DNA of 64,000 nt, taken from Sedimenticola sp. GTDB taxonomy: Bacteria > Pseudomonadota > Gammaproteobacteria > Chromatiales > Chromatiaceae. The notes beneath the pieces were generated by a model. That model saw only the letters and a list, made by a program, of their open reading frames with translations. It made no database searches and was not told the origin of the DNA. Of the stretch, positions 1 to 10,024 are shown piece by piece; position 1 is the first letter of the stretch; each line of letters begins with the position of its first letter. The DNA is taken from assembly GCA_040505915.1 (NCBI GenBank), contig JBEVXV010000863.1:12156-76155 (forward strand), given 5' to 3'. A program made the translations under genes and the position numbers.

Positions 1-218
1 TCCTGCTTGCTATTGTGCCTGTGTGGACGGATATAAGAGTCACGTTGGAATGCAATAATCATCTCCTGCACTGCACTCTCAGGTGAAGCATGCAGGCAGA
101 TTCGAGAGCGGCGCATGGGCTCCTTGGCAGCCGCACGCTTGAGGGCGACAAGCTCAGTAGCTCCAATGTCCACCATTGAAGCTGTACCAATAAAGGTAAC
201 AGGCCCTAAGATTCTCAT
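1..218 (-). CDS. WbuC-family cupin-fold metalloprotein (5' part; runs off the window start)
   Basis: Manual translation from ATG at 218 (ATGA overlap with the upstream stop): MRILGPVTF...RRSRICLH...QEMIIAFQRDSYIRPHRHNSKQE. This RxRxxLH...YIRPHRHxxKxE pattern is typical of WbuC cupins. Not in the ORF track. Confidence 0.75.
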   Translation of the reverse strand, partial: MRILGPVTFIGTASMVDIGATELVALKRAAAKEPMRRSRICLHASPESAVQEMIIAFQRDSYIRPHRHNSKQ

Positions 219-1315
219 GGGTAAAACTCACAGACCCTGGCTGCAACATACTTGATTTCATCAACTGCCAAATTTTCATGTATCGGTAGGCACAGGATTC
301 GTTTCTGCAGACAGAACGCATTCACTGATTCGTTCACGGCCCTATTGCTATAGGCGGGCTGTTCGGGCATAAGAATAGGATGTTGGATCTTGGTCTCCAC
401 TCCATGCTTCTCCAGAAAATCCTGAAGCTCATCTCTACGATCAGCTTGAATCGTATAGGTATAATAGGCATGCTCCCCAGGTGCGATAGGGGGTGTATCG
501 ACCACACCCTGAAGGAGCTTATCATAGCGTGCCGCATTACTACGCCTCCGTTTAAGTAATGCGGCTAAGTGCCGGTGGCGGGTCAGCAAAATAGCTGCCT
601 GCAACGTATCGATACGTCCATTGGTACTGGGTTCGATACAGACCTCTCTGTTGACGCATCCATTGTAACGCAGCGCCAGAAGCCGCTCATACTGTTCGGT
701 ATCGTCTGTCACGATCATGCCAGCTTCACCGCATGCGGCAAATACCTTCATGGGGTTCATGCTAAAACATGCCAAGTTGCCAAAACTGCCTGCGGGACGG
801 CCATTCAGGCTAGCGCCATAGGCTTGGGCAGCATCCTCAACAAGAGCAAGGTTGTGCTCTTCAGCAATCTCCGACAGTGCTTGCATATCGCACATACGTC
901 CCGTGTAGTGAACCACCAGGATAGCTCTCGTTCGGTCAGTTATGAGGCGCCTCACACTCTCAGGATCGATATTCAGATCGCAGCGAATATCCGCAAACAC
1001 CGGGATGGCACCGGCCATAGCGATGGCGTTCGCTGTGGCTATCCAAGAAAGTGACGTTGTAACCACCTCATCACCCGGCCTCAGACCAAGGACTCTCATA
1101 GCCATCCATAGCGCATCTGTGCCAGAGCCAACCCCCACGGCATAACGACGCCTACAATCCCTGGCAACGATACGCTCAATCTCATCAACTTCAGGCCCCA
1201 TCACCAAACGCCCATGCATAAATACACGATCAACCGCTGCTATGAGTTCACTCCTTTGCTCCTCGTTATGGATACTGAGGTCAAGGAACGGGACCATGTA
1301 AGTTGACATCGTCAT
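215..1315 (-). CDS. DegT/DnrJ/EryC1/StrS PLP-dependent sugar aminotransferase
   Basis: SGTDAL, VEDAAQAYGA, FSMNPMK (PLP Lys), GEAGMIVT and LCLPIH motifs. Confidence 0.93.
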   Translation of the reverse strand: MTMSTYMVPFLDLSIHNEEQRSELIAAVDRVFMHGRLVMGPEVDEIERIVARDCRRRYAVGVGSGTDALWMAMRVLGLRPGDEVVTTSLSWIATANAIAMAGAIPVFADIRCDLNIDPESVRRLITDRTRAILVVHYTGRMCDMQALSEIAEEHNLALVEDAAQAYGASLNGRPAGSFGNLACFSMNPMKVFAACGEAGMIVTDDTEQYERLLALRYNGCVNREVCIEPSTNGRIDTLQAAILLTRHRHLAALLKRRRSNAARYDKLLQGVVDTPPIAPGEHAYYTYTIQADRRDELQDFLEKHGVETKIQHPILMPEQPAYSNRAVNESVNAFCLQKRILCLPIHENLAVDEIKYVAARVCEFYP

Positions 1316-2001
1316 TTAACACAGGTCCCAAGGACAAAGTAATACCATGCCATCTTGTGGTGACCGCTATGCACCACTTCGTCGTTCATTGAAAAGGCAA
1401 AGGTTCGCCCGAAGTGCTCGGTGATGACCTCGACGAGCTCAGGAAGGTCATAGCACTTCACGTGGGATGCCTGACTCAGGGCTCCCTGATGCGGGTAGGA
1501 GTGGATGCTGGGGGTGCCGATAACAAGAAAGCCGTCTGACTTCAGTTGTCGCGCCATCGCGGCAATCAGTTTGCGGCCCATATCGGTATCCATATGCTCG
1601 ATCACATCAAGCGCGACAACGCAGTCAAAGTCGTGACTTGCCGATTGTCCAAAAATATCACCTACCTGAAATTTTACATTGTCACGTTTGCAAAGCGAGC
1701 GCGCCTCGTCGACTTCTGTTGTCTTGATGTCGAGCCCGATGACCGCCTCACAGTGCTGACCAAGAAACGTACAGCCCAGCCCGGAACCCGAACCTACCTC
1801 AAGCACACGATCGCTGGCTTTAAGCTGCCGGGCGACAAACTTATAACGCGCCAGCCTGACGAGAAGGCTCATCGTGTTTTCCTGAACGAACTCGGCGTAT
1901 TCCGGAGTTAACGTAATGCCATCAGGATAGCGTGCATATATTTGCTCCACTAAGCTTTTGTAAAGCTCTTGATCCTTGTTATATGTTCCAGCATCTACCA
2001 T
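1312..2001 (-). CDS. Class I SAM-dependent methyltransferase
   Basis: VLEVGSGSG motif I, FDCVVALDVIEH motif. Confidence 0.88.
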   Translation of the reverse strand: MVDAGTYNKDQELYKSLVEQIYARYPDGITLTPEYAEFVQENTMSLLVRLARYKFVARQLKASDRVLEVGSGSGLGCTFLGQHCEAVIGLDIKTTEVDEARSLCKRDNVKFQVGDIFGQSASHDFDCVVALDVIEHMDTDMGRKLIAAMARQLKSDGFLVIGTPSIHSYPHQGALSQASHVKCYDLPELVEVITEHFGRTFAFSMNDEVVHSGHHKMAWYYFVLGTCVK

Positions 2002-2009
2002 TGAGCACC

Positions 2010-2618
2010 TCAGCGGTTTCGGGGGATTTTCGCCTCAAGTTGCAGCAAGTCTTTCGCACGCTGAGCTATACGGCGTACTGGTGTGCCGAAATAGACCCCC
2101 CACGGCGCCAAATCAGCCTTCACGAGGCTACAGGCACCAACCGAGCACCCCTCACCTATGTTTACCCCAGGGAGTACAACTGAGTTGGCACCGATTATGA
2201 CATGTTTATCAAGAAGAACCGGTGCACTGACTCCACCAGTCATTTCACCAGGCACCGTCGGGTTGGTTAAATGTGCGCCAGAATAGTCGTCGCTTGAAGA
2301 GAAAATCCTCACTCCATGGGCCAGCCCTACGAAGTCATTGAACGTAATACCAGCCCGGGAACCAACATAGCAAAAATTCGCAATATGGACATATGAGCCA
2401 ATTTTTAGTGGTCCTCCTGCGACAATCACAACATAATCGTCGATTCTTACATTGTCTCCCAACTCAATATTTTCTGGGCAGTAAACGCTCGCCCGGGAGT
2501 GTATTTTTACGTTCTTCCCAACGCGTTTGAAGCCGAAAGAGCAAAGCTCCTCCGACTCGTAGTAACGCCCTCCAAATGGATATTCGGTGGAGTGATCTTG
2601 TGATGATAAGCTGGACAT
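2010..2618 (-). CDS. Hexapeptide-repeat sugar O/N-acyltransferase
   Basis: Left-handed beta-helix repeats (IGANSVVLPGVNIGEGCSVGACSLV). Start trimmed to ATG 2618 to avoid overlapping the upstream gene. Confidence 0.88.
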   Translation of the reverse strand: MSSLSSQDHSTEYPFGGRYYESEELCSFGFKRVGKNVKIHSRASVYCPENIELGDNVRIDDYVVIVAGGPLKIGSYVHIANFCYVGSRAGITFNDFVGLAHGVRIFSSSDDYSGAHLTNPTVPGEMTGGVSAPVLLDKHVIIGANSVVLPGVNIGEGCSVGACSLVKADLAPWGVYFGTPVRRIAQRAKDLLQLEAKIPRNR

Positions 2619-2628
2619 TGGCCGCCTG

Positions 2629-3291
2629 TTACTCAAAATAGATATAGGAATAATCGCCAGCATAACCGGCCTTTCGGAATAACCACTCCCACTCGGCGGG
2701 CGTGTGAAATGCACGACAGGTGAGCTGCCAGTACATCAGGTTCACCTTTTCGCGCTCGTTGCGATAGGCCTCGACGGTGAGGTAGCTGTGGCCGCGACAC
2801 ACCCGCTCCACCTCCTCCAGGGCTTGCCAGAGTTGTGGCAGGTAAAGATTGTGCAGGGTATTGATGCTGATCACCAGATCGAAGCTGTTATCTGCACAGG
2901 GGAGTGAGGCAGCACTGGCATGTCGGAGGTAGGGATTGACCTCCTCCTTAGCGTGCTCCAGTGCGTAGCGCGAGATGTCGATACCGGCAATACTGGCCTG
3001 GGGTAGCAATTGGCTGAACTCATAGAGCAAAAAGCCCTTCCCGCAGCCGACATCGAGAATAGCTGCGTCCTCGGCCAGCTGGTAGTGTTCGATCATCGCC
3101 TCGGCCACTGGACGCCAGCGGCCATCATAGTGGTAGCCACCATAACCGATATCGCGATCACCATCCCAGTACTCCTCACCGAAGCGGCTGGCGAGCTCGG
3201 CGTCCGCTGCCTTGTTTCGGCGGGTCACCCGTCCCTGATAGTCGCGTTGTGTGGCGCGGTGCAGTGAGCTGATGAAGTCAACCTGTGCCAT
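2629..3291 (-). CDS. Class I SAM-dependent methyltransferase
   Basis: ILDVGCGKGF, FDLVISINTLHNL. Confidence 0.88.
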   Translation of the reverse strand: MAQVDFISSLHRATQRDYQGRVTRRNKAADAELASRFGEEYWDGDRDIGYGGYHYDGRWRPVAEAMIEHYQLAEDAAILDVGCGKGFLLYEFSQLLPQASIAGIDISRYALEHAKEEVNPYLRHASAASLPCADNSFDLVISINTLHNLYLPQLWQALEEVERVCRGHSYLTVEAYRNEREKVNLMYWQLTCRAFHTPAEWEWLFRKAGYAGDYSYIYFE

Positions 3292-3295
3292 AGCG

Positions 3296-4816
3296 CTACT
3301 TCATCAAGGCCTGGACGTGCTTGGCCAGGGAGACCCGGCCAACACTATTGCGGTTGCCGATCTCCCCCACCATCTCAGCGCCAGCCAGGTTACCGAGAAA
3401 GCCGACCAGATCCCACGGTGCGCCCAGTTTGACCAGCAGGCTAGTAACGGCAAACACTGCATCCCCAGCCCCCACCCGATCGGAGACCTGAGTGGCCAGT
3501 GAAGGGACGCTGACCAACTCACTGCCTGGATGAAAATGGGTACTGCCTTCTTTACCCCGGGTAACGGTAAAGTTGGGGCAGTCGATACGTCGGCTCACCT
3601 CTTCCAGCAACTCCTCCCAGGCGGCATGGCGCAGCCGTGTCTCCAGTGCCACCTCGTGGGTGGCGAGGGAAACGTAGTCAGCACGCGGGTATTTGGAGAT
3701 GGTGTTGAAACCCCGGTTGCCAGCGTTGGCCTGGGTGTTGATGGCCAGAAACGGCGCGAACTCTACAATCGCCGCCACAGCCCGTGGAGTCATCATGCCA
3801 TGGCCGTAGTCGGTTACCAGCACTAGATCATATTCGAGTGCCCTGGCGGCAATCGCCTTGATCAGCGCCTGCTCCTGACTACCTGCCAACGGGGCATCAT
3901 CCATCTCATAGATCTCGAACAGCCGGGTGCCGGTGTAGGCGTCGACAAACCGGCGCTTGTGCAGTGTGGGAGCGGCGGGCTGGGTGATGAAGTGAGGCGT
4001 CACGTTGAAAGCCAGTGTTTCGCGGATGAAATCTTCACGGCGATGCTCCTCACCGAGCATACTGATCAGCCCCACCTCGCTGCAGATACCGGCCAGGTGG
4101 TTGGCCACCGCCAGGGAGCCTCCAGCGTAGGTCTCTTGGGAGCGGCGCAGAAAGGCGAGCATGGGGTCCTTGTTCGACTTGCCAAGGCCGTCACAGAAGA
4201 CGTACTCATCAATGATCGCTTCACCCACCACCAAAACCTTAAGGTCGGCGGCGCGGTCGAGAAAACCGAGCACCTTGTCTATAGGGTGACAGCCACGGAA
4301 GTTAGCGAGCCACGCCTCGGTCTCTGGCGGGTAGATATTGAGGTTTGCATTGATCAGGTGAGAGGAGCTGAAGATGATGTCATCGGTAAAGAGCAGCCGC
4401 CCACCCACCGACTGCACTGCCAGCTCCTCGTCACGAATCTTGCCGGTCACATCACTCTCTGCATCGGCATACTCGCTGCCCTTGACGTAGAGGTCTGGCC
4501 GAAGGGCGTGAATCACCTCCACTGCAGAGGGGTAGTGACTGATCGCCACATAATCGACGCATCCCAGTGCGGCCAGCACCTCTGCACGCAGTGCCTCGGT
4601 AAAGGCTGGGCGCCCCGGCCCCTTGTTGACATGGCAGTCGGTAGTAATGGTGACCACCAGCACATCGCAGTCGCGCTTGGCAACCTCCAGGTGGCGGATG
4701 TGACCCGGGTGGAGCAGGTCGAAGACACCGTGACACTGCGCTACCACCTTTCCTTGCTCCCTAAGCTGGGCGATGTTGTCAGCCAGCGTCTCGATAGATT
4801 GAATCTTCGCTTTCAT
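3296..4816 (-). CDS. Bifunctional cytidylyltransferase-like/PfkB sugar kinase (HldE-like, nucleotidyltransferase domain first)
   Basis: N-terminal HGVFDLLHPGH (HxGH) and KGSEY; C-terminal PfkB signature DRVGAGDA. AGGAG lies just upstream of ATG 4816. Confidence 0.87.
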   Translation of the reverse strand: MKAKIQSIETLADNIAQLREQGKVVAQCHGVFDLLHPGHIRHLEVAKRDCDVLVVTITTDCHVNKGPGRPAFTEALRAEVLAALGCVDYVAISHYPSAVEVIHALRPDLYVKGSEYADAESDVTGKIRDEELAVQSVGGRLLFTDDIIFSSSHLINANLNIYPPETEAWLANFRGCHPIDKVLGFLDRAADLKVLVVGEAIIDEYVFCDGLGKSNKDPMLAFLRRSQETYAGGSLAVANHLAGICSEVGLISMLGEEHRREDFIRETLAFNVTPHFITQPAAPTLHKRRFVDAYTGTRLFEIYEMDDAPLAGSQEQALIKAIAARALEYDLVLVTDYGHGMMTPRAVAAIVEFAPFLAINTQANAGNRGFNTISKYPRADYVSLATHEVALETRLRHAAWEELLEEVSRRIDCPNFTVTRGKEGSTHFHPGSELVSVPSLATQVSDRVGAGDAVFAVTSLLVKLGAPWDLVGFLGNLAGAEMVGEIGNRNSVGRVSLAKHVQALMK

Positions 4817-4823
4817 GCTGCTC

Positions 4824-5891
4824 CTAAACAAAGGGGGTGTGGTCGGGGTCCAGAGCCAGGTATTCAAGAATCGCCAGGTTTTTACCGTGCACCGTACAGT
4901 GGTGATGACAGGAGTGGGAAGGATCAAAGCTGTAGATCCGCTCGCGGTTCTCTTCGGAGAACCAGAAGTCACGGAAGCTGCGCTCCTCTATAGCACCGAG
5001 CAGCCCCTCCTGATTGTAGGCCTTATCGTGGCAAGTGTAGACCCTGCGGTCGGCTGCGATCACCGGCTGAAACTGGAGGAAGGGGCAGAAGCTGTATAAC
5101 TTATCGAATACCCGCCCCTCCAGCTCGTGGTAGTGGTCGACTACACTGAAATCGTCGTCTTCCAGCTTACGGGCCTGTTCGACCTGACGTGTCACCTCGT
5201 CGCGGATCGCTGCATGGTACTGGCTGTTCTCCTCCACGCTATTGCCCACTACTACACCGGAGAGCTTGACGTGGTTGACGCCCACATCGCGCAGGGTGCG
5301 GCAGATAGCGGCCACATGCCCATAATTGTGCTTATCAATGATGAAGCTGGCACCGAGCACGCAGCGAGTATCGCGGCGGGTGAAGGCGCGCATTTTCTCC
5401 AGCAGCTTGCCGAAGGTCCCCTCAGGCACGCCACGCGCGTGGCTATAGCTCGCCTCATCCCAGCCATCGAGGGAGACCCGCAACCAGGTGCCGTGCTCGG
5501 CCAACACATCAGCCATCTCACCCTTGAGGTTAGAGCCATTGGTTAGCGCCGCCACCTTCACCCCACCCGCAGCAAGGCGCCTGACGCACTCGATAAGAGG
5601 CTTGTAGATAAGCGGCTCACCGCCGCCTGAGAAGGTAACCGCACGCACACCTATCTCGACGATGTCGTCGATGATCTCCAGCATCTTCGTCTCGGGGATG
5701 GCATCGCGCTGATCCATCTCCTCGCCCAACTGCAGATTATCCACGTGGTACGCGCAGTACCAGCAGTCGTGGTTACAGTGGTTGGTGGGCTTGATGCGAA
5801 TATGCACCGGCGCCAATACGCGGCATTCGCGGATCGCCTCCAGGTGGTTCTGGAAGCTAAGAAACTTAAGATTGCTGTAGAGGGTGCCCAT
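4824..5891 (-). CDS. Radical SAM protein with C-terminal SPASM/Twitch-like domain
   Basis: CNHDCWYC, FSGGGEP, C-terminal C...YTC...LLG...SFRDFW...CHHHC. Confidence 0.9.
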   Translation of the reverse strand: MGTLYSNLKFLSFQNHLEAIRECRVLAPVHIRIKPTNHCNHDCWYCAYHVDNLQLGEEMDQRDAIPETKMLEIIDDIVEIGVRAVTFSGGGEPLIYKPLIECVRRLAAGGVKVAALTNGSNLKGEMADVLAEHGTWLRVSLDGWDEASYSHARGVPEGTFGKLLEKMRAFTRRDTRCVLGASFIIDKHNYGHVAAICRTLRDVGVNHVKLSGVVVGNSVEENSQYHAAIRDEVTRQVEQARKLEDDDFSVVDHYHELEGRVFDKLYSFCPFLQFQPVIAADRRVYTCHDKAYNQEGLLGAIEERSFRDFWFSEENRERIYSFDPSHSCHHHCTVHGKNLAILEYLALDPDHTPFV

Positions 5892-6829
5892 TAGAGTGCC
5901 CCCTGTGTGGTTGCCAGTGCCGTACGTATTGAGGTGGCGATGGGCTCAGGCTGAAGCCCGAAGCCCTCCAGCAGACTATCCTGAGAGCCGTACTCGACAG
6001 TGAAGCGGTCGGGTATCCCCAAGCGCTTCACTGCCGGCAGCGAGGCACCCACATCGATCAACTCCTCTAACACCGCACTGCCAAAACCACCGGCCAAGAC
6101 GTGTTCTTCGACGGTGACCAGCAACCGCACCCCCGGCAGACGCCTGAGCAGGGCGCTGGTATCAAGGGGCTTGACGGTGTGCAGGTCAATCACACCACAC
6201 TCAACTCCCTCACCGCGCAGAATATCGGCCGCACCCAGCGCCCGTTGCACCATCACGCCGGTAGTCACCAACAGCACCTCGCCCGGCTCGCGCAGTACCA
6301 GCGCCTGGCCTATGCTGACGCTGCTCTCTGGTGGGGTAACCACCGCATCCCCCCCCTTGCCTAGACGGATATAAAGCGGCCCTGGGTGCGCCAGGGTCTG
6401 CGGCATCAGCCGCGCCATCTGTTCAGCGTCGGCAGGTGCCACCACTCCCATGTTGGGCAGGGCGCGCATAATCGCCATGTCTTCGGTGGCCAAGTGAGTA
6501 GGGCCCAGCGGCGCATAGACCATGCCGCCGCCGTTGGCGATAAGCCGTACAGGCAGATTTTGCAGGCAGAGGTCGATGGCTACCTGCTCGTAACAGCGGC
6601 GGCTGAGGAAGGTGGCAATGGTATTGACGTAGGGGATGTAACCATCAAGGGCGAGTCCCGCAGCCATGCCGATGATGTGCTGCTCCGAGACCCCCTCCAT
6701 GAAGAAGCGCTCAGGCATCTCGTGCTGCATCTCGGCCAGTGTGCCCGGCCCCAAATCGGAACCAATGAAGACCACCCGCGGATCCTGTTTCGCCAGCTCG
6801 AAGACACTGTTCAGGCAGGTTTTTCTCAT
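5891..6829 (-). CDS. Transketolase, C-terminal (pyrimidine-binding) subunit
   Basis: GVSEQHIIGMAAGLA, GPTHLATED, YIRLGK, TVEEH. Confidence 0.92.
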   Translation of the reverse strand: MRKTCLNSVFELAKQDPRVVFIGSDLGPGTLAEMQHEMPERFFMEGVSEQHIIGMAAGLALDGYIPYVNTIATFLSRRCYEQVAIDLCLQNLPVRLIANGGGMVYAPLGPTHLATEDMAIMRALPNMGVVAPADAEQMARLMPQTLAHPGPLYIRLGKGGDAVVTPPESSVSIGQALVLREPGEVLLVTTGVMVQRALGAADILRGEGVECGVIDLHTVKPLDTSALLRRLPGVRLLVTVEEHVLAGGFGSAVLEELIDVGASLPAVKRLGIPDRFTVEYGSQDSLLEGFGLQPEPIATSIRTALATTQGAL

Positions 6830-7698
6830 TGATAGGTCTCCAGCGCGGCGTACATTCCGGCCACCTGCTTGGCGTTAATGCGTGATTTGTGGTGCCACAT
6901 AGGATCGAACTCTGCGAAGGGAAAGCCCTTGCCCTTGACGGTATGACAGATGATGGCGCTGGGTCGTCCCGGCTCCAGCGGCAGCCGGGCGAGGCTGTCG
7001 CGCAGTTCGTCCATGTCATGGCCGTTGACCTCGCTTACCCCGAATCCGAAGGCGCGCCATTTGTCCGTCAGTGGCTCCAGGTCTAGCACATCGCGGGTGG
7101 CACCGTAGGACTGCAGCTTGTTGTAGTCGATCATCACAGTGAGGCTCTCCAGGCGGTGCTTGGCTGCGGACATTGCCGCTTCCCACACTGAGCCCTCATT
7201 GATCTCACCATCGCCTGTGACCACCACCACCCGGCTGCTGTCACCACGGATATGTGACGCCAGCGCCATGCCAACGCCGATGGAAAGGCCGTGGCCCAAT
7301 GCTCCGGTGGAGGCCTCGACGCCAGGGATTTTACCTACCTCCGGATGGCCGCCAAGGCAGCTGTGTTGCGAACAGAAGCCACGCAGGGCATCACGCTCAA
7401 TGAAGCCCTTGTCAGCGAGCAGCGCGTAGAGGGTAAGGCAGCCGTGGCCTTTGCTGAGGATGAAGCGGTCTCGCCCCGGCCACTCCGGCTGGTCGACGCG
7501 GTAGCGTAAGAAGTTGTCGTAGAGTGCGCGTAAGATCTCAATCAGTGACATGGAGGAGCCAAAGTGGCCCCTACCCCCCCCTTCCAGGGCGCTGATAACC
7601 AGACGACGCAGAGCGCGGGAGCGCTCGTCCAAGGGGCTCTCCAGCGATCGGCGCATGAAGGACTCCACAGTGGAGGCGTCAGTAGGGAAATCGTTCAT
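6826..7698 (-). CDS. Transketolase, N-terminal (TPP-binding) subunit
   Basis: RDRFILSKGH, STGALGHGL, GDGEINEGSVWE TPP motif, TVKGKG. Confidence 0.93.
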   Translation of the reverse strand: MNDFPTDASTVESFMRRSLESPLDERSRALRRLVISALEGGGRGHFGSSMSLIEILRALYDNFLRYRVDQPEWPGRDRFILSKGHGCLTLYALLADKGFIERDALRGFCSQHSCLGGHPEVGKIPGVEASTGALGHGLSIGVGMALASHIRGDSSRVVVVTGDGEINEGSVWEAAMSAAKHRLESLTVMIDYNKLQSYGATRDVLDLEPLTDKWRAFGFGVSEVNGHDMDELRDSLARLPLEPGRPSAIICHTVKGKGFPFAEFDPMWHHKSRINAKQVAGMYAALETYQ

Positions 7699-8707
7699 AT
7701 GTCCTCAAAATCTCGTCCAGCAGGCGGTGGGCACGCTTCAACTGGCGTTGTTTTATCTCCGTCCACTCATCTTCTCCCGTGGCGTTTGCGTGGGCACGCC
7801 GTACCTGTCCCTGATGGAGGAATTCGTTTAGCAGAATCATACACCAACGTAGGCCGAAAAGTGGATAAAGTGCCGCAAGTCGGGCCTCGAAGGAGGGATC
7901 ATGTCGGTATATCGATTTTGTCCTCCCCACAAATGCCTTTTTCGTTGGCTCGCTGATTGACATGGCGGGGTGCCATAGAAAATCAGCCACCAGCTTGACC
8001 GGGTCGTCCCAGCCGAAGTACTCGAAATCGACAAAGCTGAGCGCGCCGTCACTGCCCTGTATGGCGTTGTGGAAGCCGAAGTCGGAGGGGCTGAGGGTGA
8101 GGTACTCCGAGGTCAGCTCCTCGGCGAATGAGAGACCTTGCTGTTGGTACCGTAACCGGGCGCGAGCGCCCATCTGCTTCCATGCCGGTTGGTAGGTCTG
8201 TTCGAGAAAGGCGGTCAGCCCCGGGGCACCATCCACCTGCAGCAATTGCTCCATGCGCATCGCAAGTTGGCGCTCCAACTCGGCGCCGCTGAAACAAGCC
8301 TCGGCAGCAAGGGGCAACCACTGCGCATCCACTGACTCACGCAGGGTGTGCAGGCGGGCGAGAAAGTCGCAGGCCGCGTCGAACTCCTGCCGCCCGAGGG
8401 CGGCAGGCGGTGCTCCCTCAATCCAGCTGAAGAGGGCGATGCGCTCCTCTGCCGAACAGACCAGTGGGCGCGGCACGCACTCGACCCCCTGTTCAGCGAG
8501 AAAGCGAAGCCCACCCACTTCAGCCTGCAGCCGGTCAGGGCGACTCGCCTCGGGAGGGGGGTAGTGTTTAAGCGCCAGCTCTACGCCAGAGGGCAGCATG
8601 ACTCGGTAGACGCTGCTGTTGCCGCCTCGCCCCAGGGGGATAAGAGTAACATCTTCAACCTCGGCAAGCCGTGCCACAATGGTGGCGAGTTCGGCGACTT
8701 CAGTCAT
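7679..8707 (-). CDS. Aminoglycoside-phosphotransferase (APH)-like kinase
   Basis: GRGGNSSVY P-loop-like motif, PSDFGFHN Brenner-type motif, FVDFEYFG. Confidence 0.8.
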   Translation of the reverse strand: MTEVAELATIVARLAEVEDVTLIPLGRGGNSSVYRVMLPSGVELALKHYPPPEASRPDRLQAEVGGLRFLAEQGVECVPRPLVCSAEERIALFSWIEGAPPAALGRQEFDAACDFLARLHTLRESVDAQWLPLAAEACFSGAELERQLAMRMEQLLQVDGAPGLTAFLEQTYQPAWKQMGARARLRYQQQGLSFAEELTSEYLTLSPSDFGFHNAIQGSDGALSFVDFEYFGWDDPVKLVADFLWHPAMSISEPTKKAFVGRTKSIYRHDPSFEARLAALYPLFGLRWCMILLNEFLHQGQVRRAHANATGEDEWTEIKQRQLKRAHRLLDEILRTYERFPY

Positions 8708-9324
8708 GCACGCTCACCCAGCACGAAGTGTTCGATCTCTGACCAGCTGCGGCAAGAGCGAATGCCATACGGCACCGCCCCACCTGGAGAGGGGGCGTAT
8801 AGGTAGCCATCGACGGAGGAGGGAAAGTCGGGGTGAAAGAAGACCTCAGCCAGATCATCAATAAAACAATCACACTCCAGCGCCCCTATCCGTGCAACCT
8901 TCGCGCTGCGCGTCCCCTCGAAGTAGAGTGACCCTGGATTCAAACCCAGACCTGCCTCAGAGAAAAAGCCCTGGGCCTCCATCCATTGCCGTGCGGCGAG
9001 ACGCAGGTCGGTGCATCCGGAGTCGTGGTGTCCGTAACGGGTCTTGTGGCTAACAATGAAAAGTTCTGCACCGTCCTCTTGTGCGTGTTGGAAGAAGGAA
9101 GCAACACCATCTAGCAATACTGCCCGTCCCATGTATTTACCGTAGACAAGACCCTGCAGACGCTGCCACTGGTATGTGCCACTCTCCTGCCGTCGCAGAG
9201 CATCGCGTACCTCACGCTTACCGCCTTCGAAACCTTCCCTCAGCAGCCCCCACTCTTTGGCTACCTCATTGAATACACGATCATACCCTGCAATGGTGTT
9301 GTCAAAATCGACACCGATACGCAC
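8704..9324 (-). CDS. HAD-superfamily hydrolase (putative sugar-phosphate phosphatase)
   Basis: IGVDFDNTI (DxDxT motif I), FIDD motif IV. Confidence 0.72.
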   Translation of the reverse strand: MRIGVDFDNTIAGYDRVFNEVAKEWGLLREGFEGGKREVRDALRRQESGTYQWQRLQGLVYGKYMGRAVLLDGVASFFQHAQEDGAELFIVSHKTRYGHHDSGCTDLRLAARQWMEAQGFFSEAGLGLNPGSLYFEGTRSAKVARIGALECDCFIDDLAEVFFHPDFPSSVDGYLYAPSPGGAVPYGIRSCRSWSEIEHFVLGERA

Positions 9325-9375
9325 CTGCTGGTTCCTCTTCTTACTAGCTGACTCGATAGTTATTACTACGCTATA

Positions 9376-9948
9376 TTAGGCCCATCCACCTGAGAGATCG
9401 AGCAATGCGTGGCAGAGCACCAGATGGGCCACCTCCACTCGACCATAGTGCTGAGACGGCACATAGAGGTTCATGTCACCGCAGCTGCGCAGTGGGTTAT
9501 CAGGGGCAAAACCGCTGAGGGTGAGCACGAGGCAATCAGCATCACGCGCTGCCTCGACTGCTCGGATAATGTTGGGTGAAGCACCTGAGCTGCTGATTGC
9601 CACCAGCAGATCTCCGCTGCGGGCCTGTAACGTGACTTGTCGAGCGAACACCTGCTCATAACCGAAGTCATTACCAAAGCAGGTCAGAGCCGCAGCATCG
9701 TTGAAGGCCATCGCGGTGACTCCACCATTGCGAGTAAAGTCGATCGCCATATGGCTTGCGATCGCCGCACTGCCGCCATTGCCTACAAACATAACCTTAG
9801 CACCACGCCTGTACACCTCGGCCACGGCGTCAATCGTCCAGGCCAGTGCATCATCAACACCAATCATTGTTCCAGCGTGATTGTGGGCCTCAGCATTTGC
9901 GCAGAGTTCGCCCAGGCTCTGTATGTGTTGTTTAAAATTATGTCGCAT
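9376..9948 (-). CDS. gmhA: SIS-domain phosphoheptose isomerase (GmhA-like)
   Basis: GNGGSAAIASH, GNDFGYEQVF, ISSSGASPN, EVAHL. Confidence 0.85.
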   Translation of the reverse strand: MRHNFKQHIQSLGELCANAEAHNHAGTMIGVDDALAWTIDAVAEVYRRGAKVMFVGNGGSAAIASHMAIDFTRNGGVTAMAFNDAAALTCFGNDFGYEQVFARQVTLQARSGDLLVAISSSGASPNIIRAVEAARDADCLVLTLSGFAPDNPLRSCGDMNLYVPSQHYGRVEVAHLVLCHALLDLSGGWA

Positions 9949-10024
9949 ATTTTCCAGTGAAACTACCGCTGGTTACCGAAGTTATCGGCTGACAGCTGTT
10001 CTCCCCCTCTTTGCTCTCACTACA

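Noticed and set aside
3959-4993. 344-aa plus-strand ORF (also 57454-58140, 52710-53291, 49042-49599 and similar)
   Set aside because: Antisense shadows of well-supported genes, with no recognisable motifs
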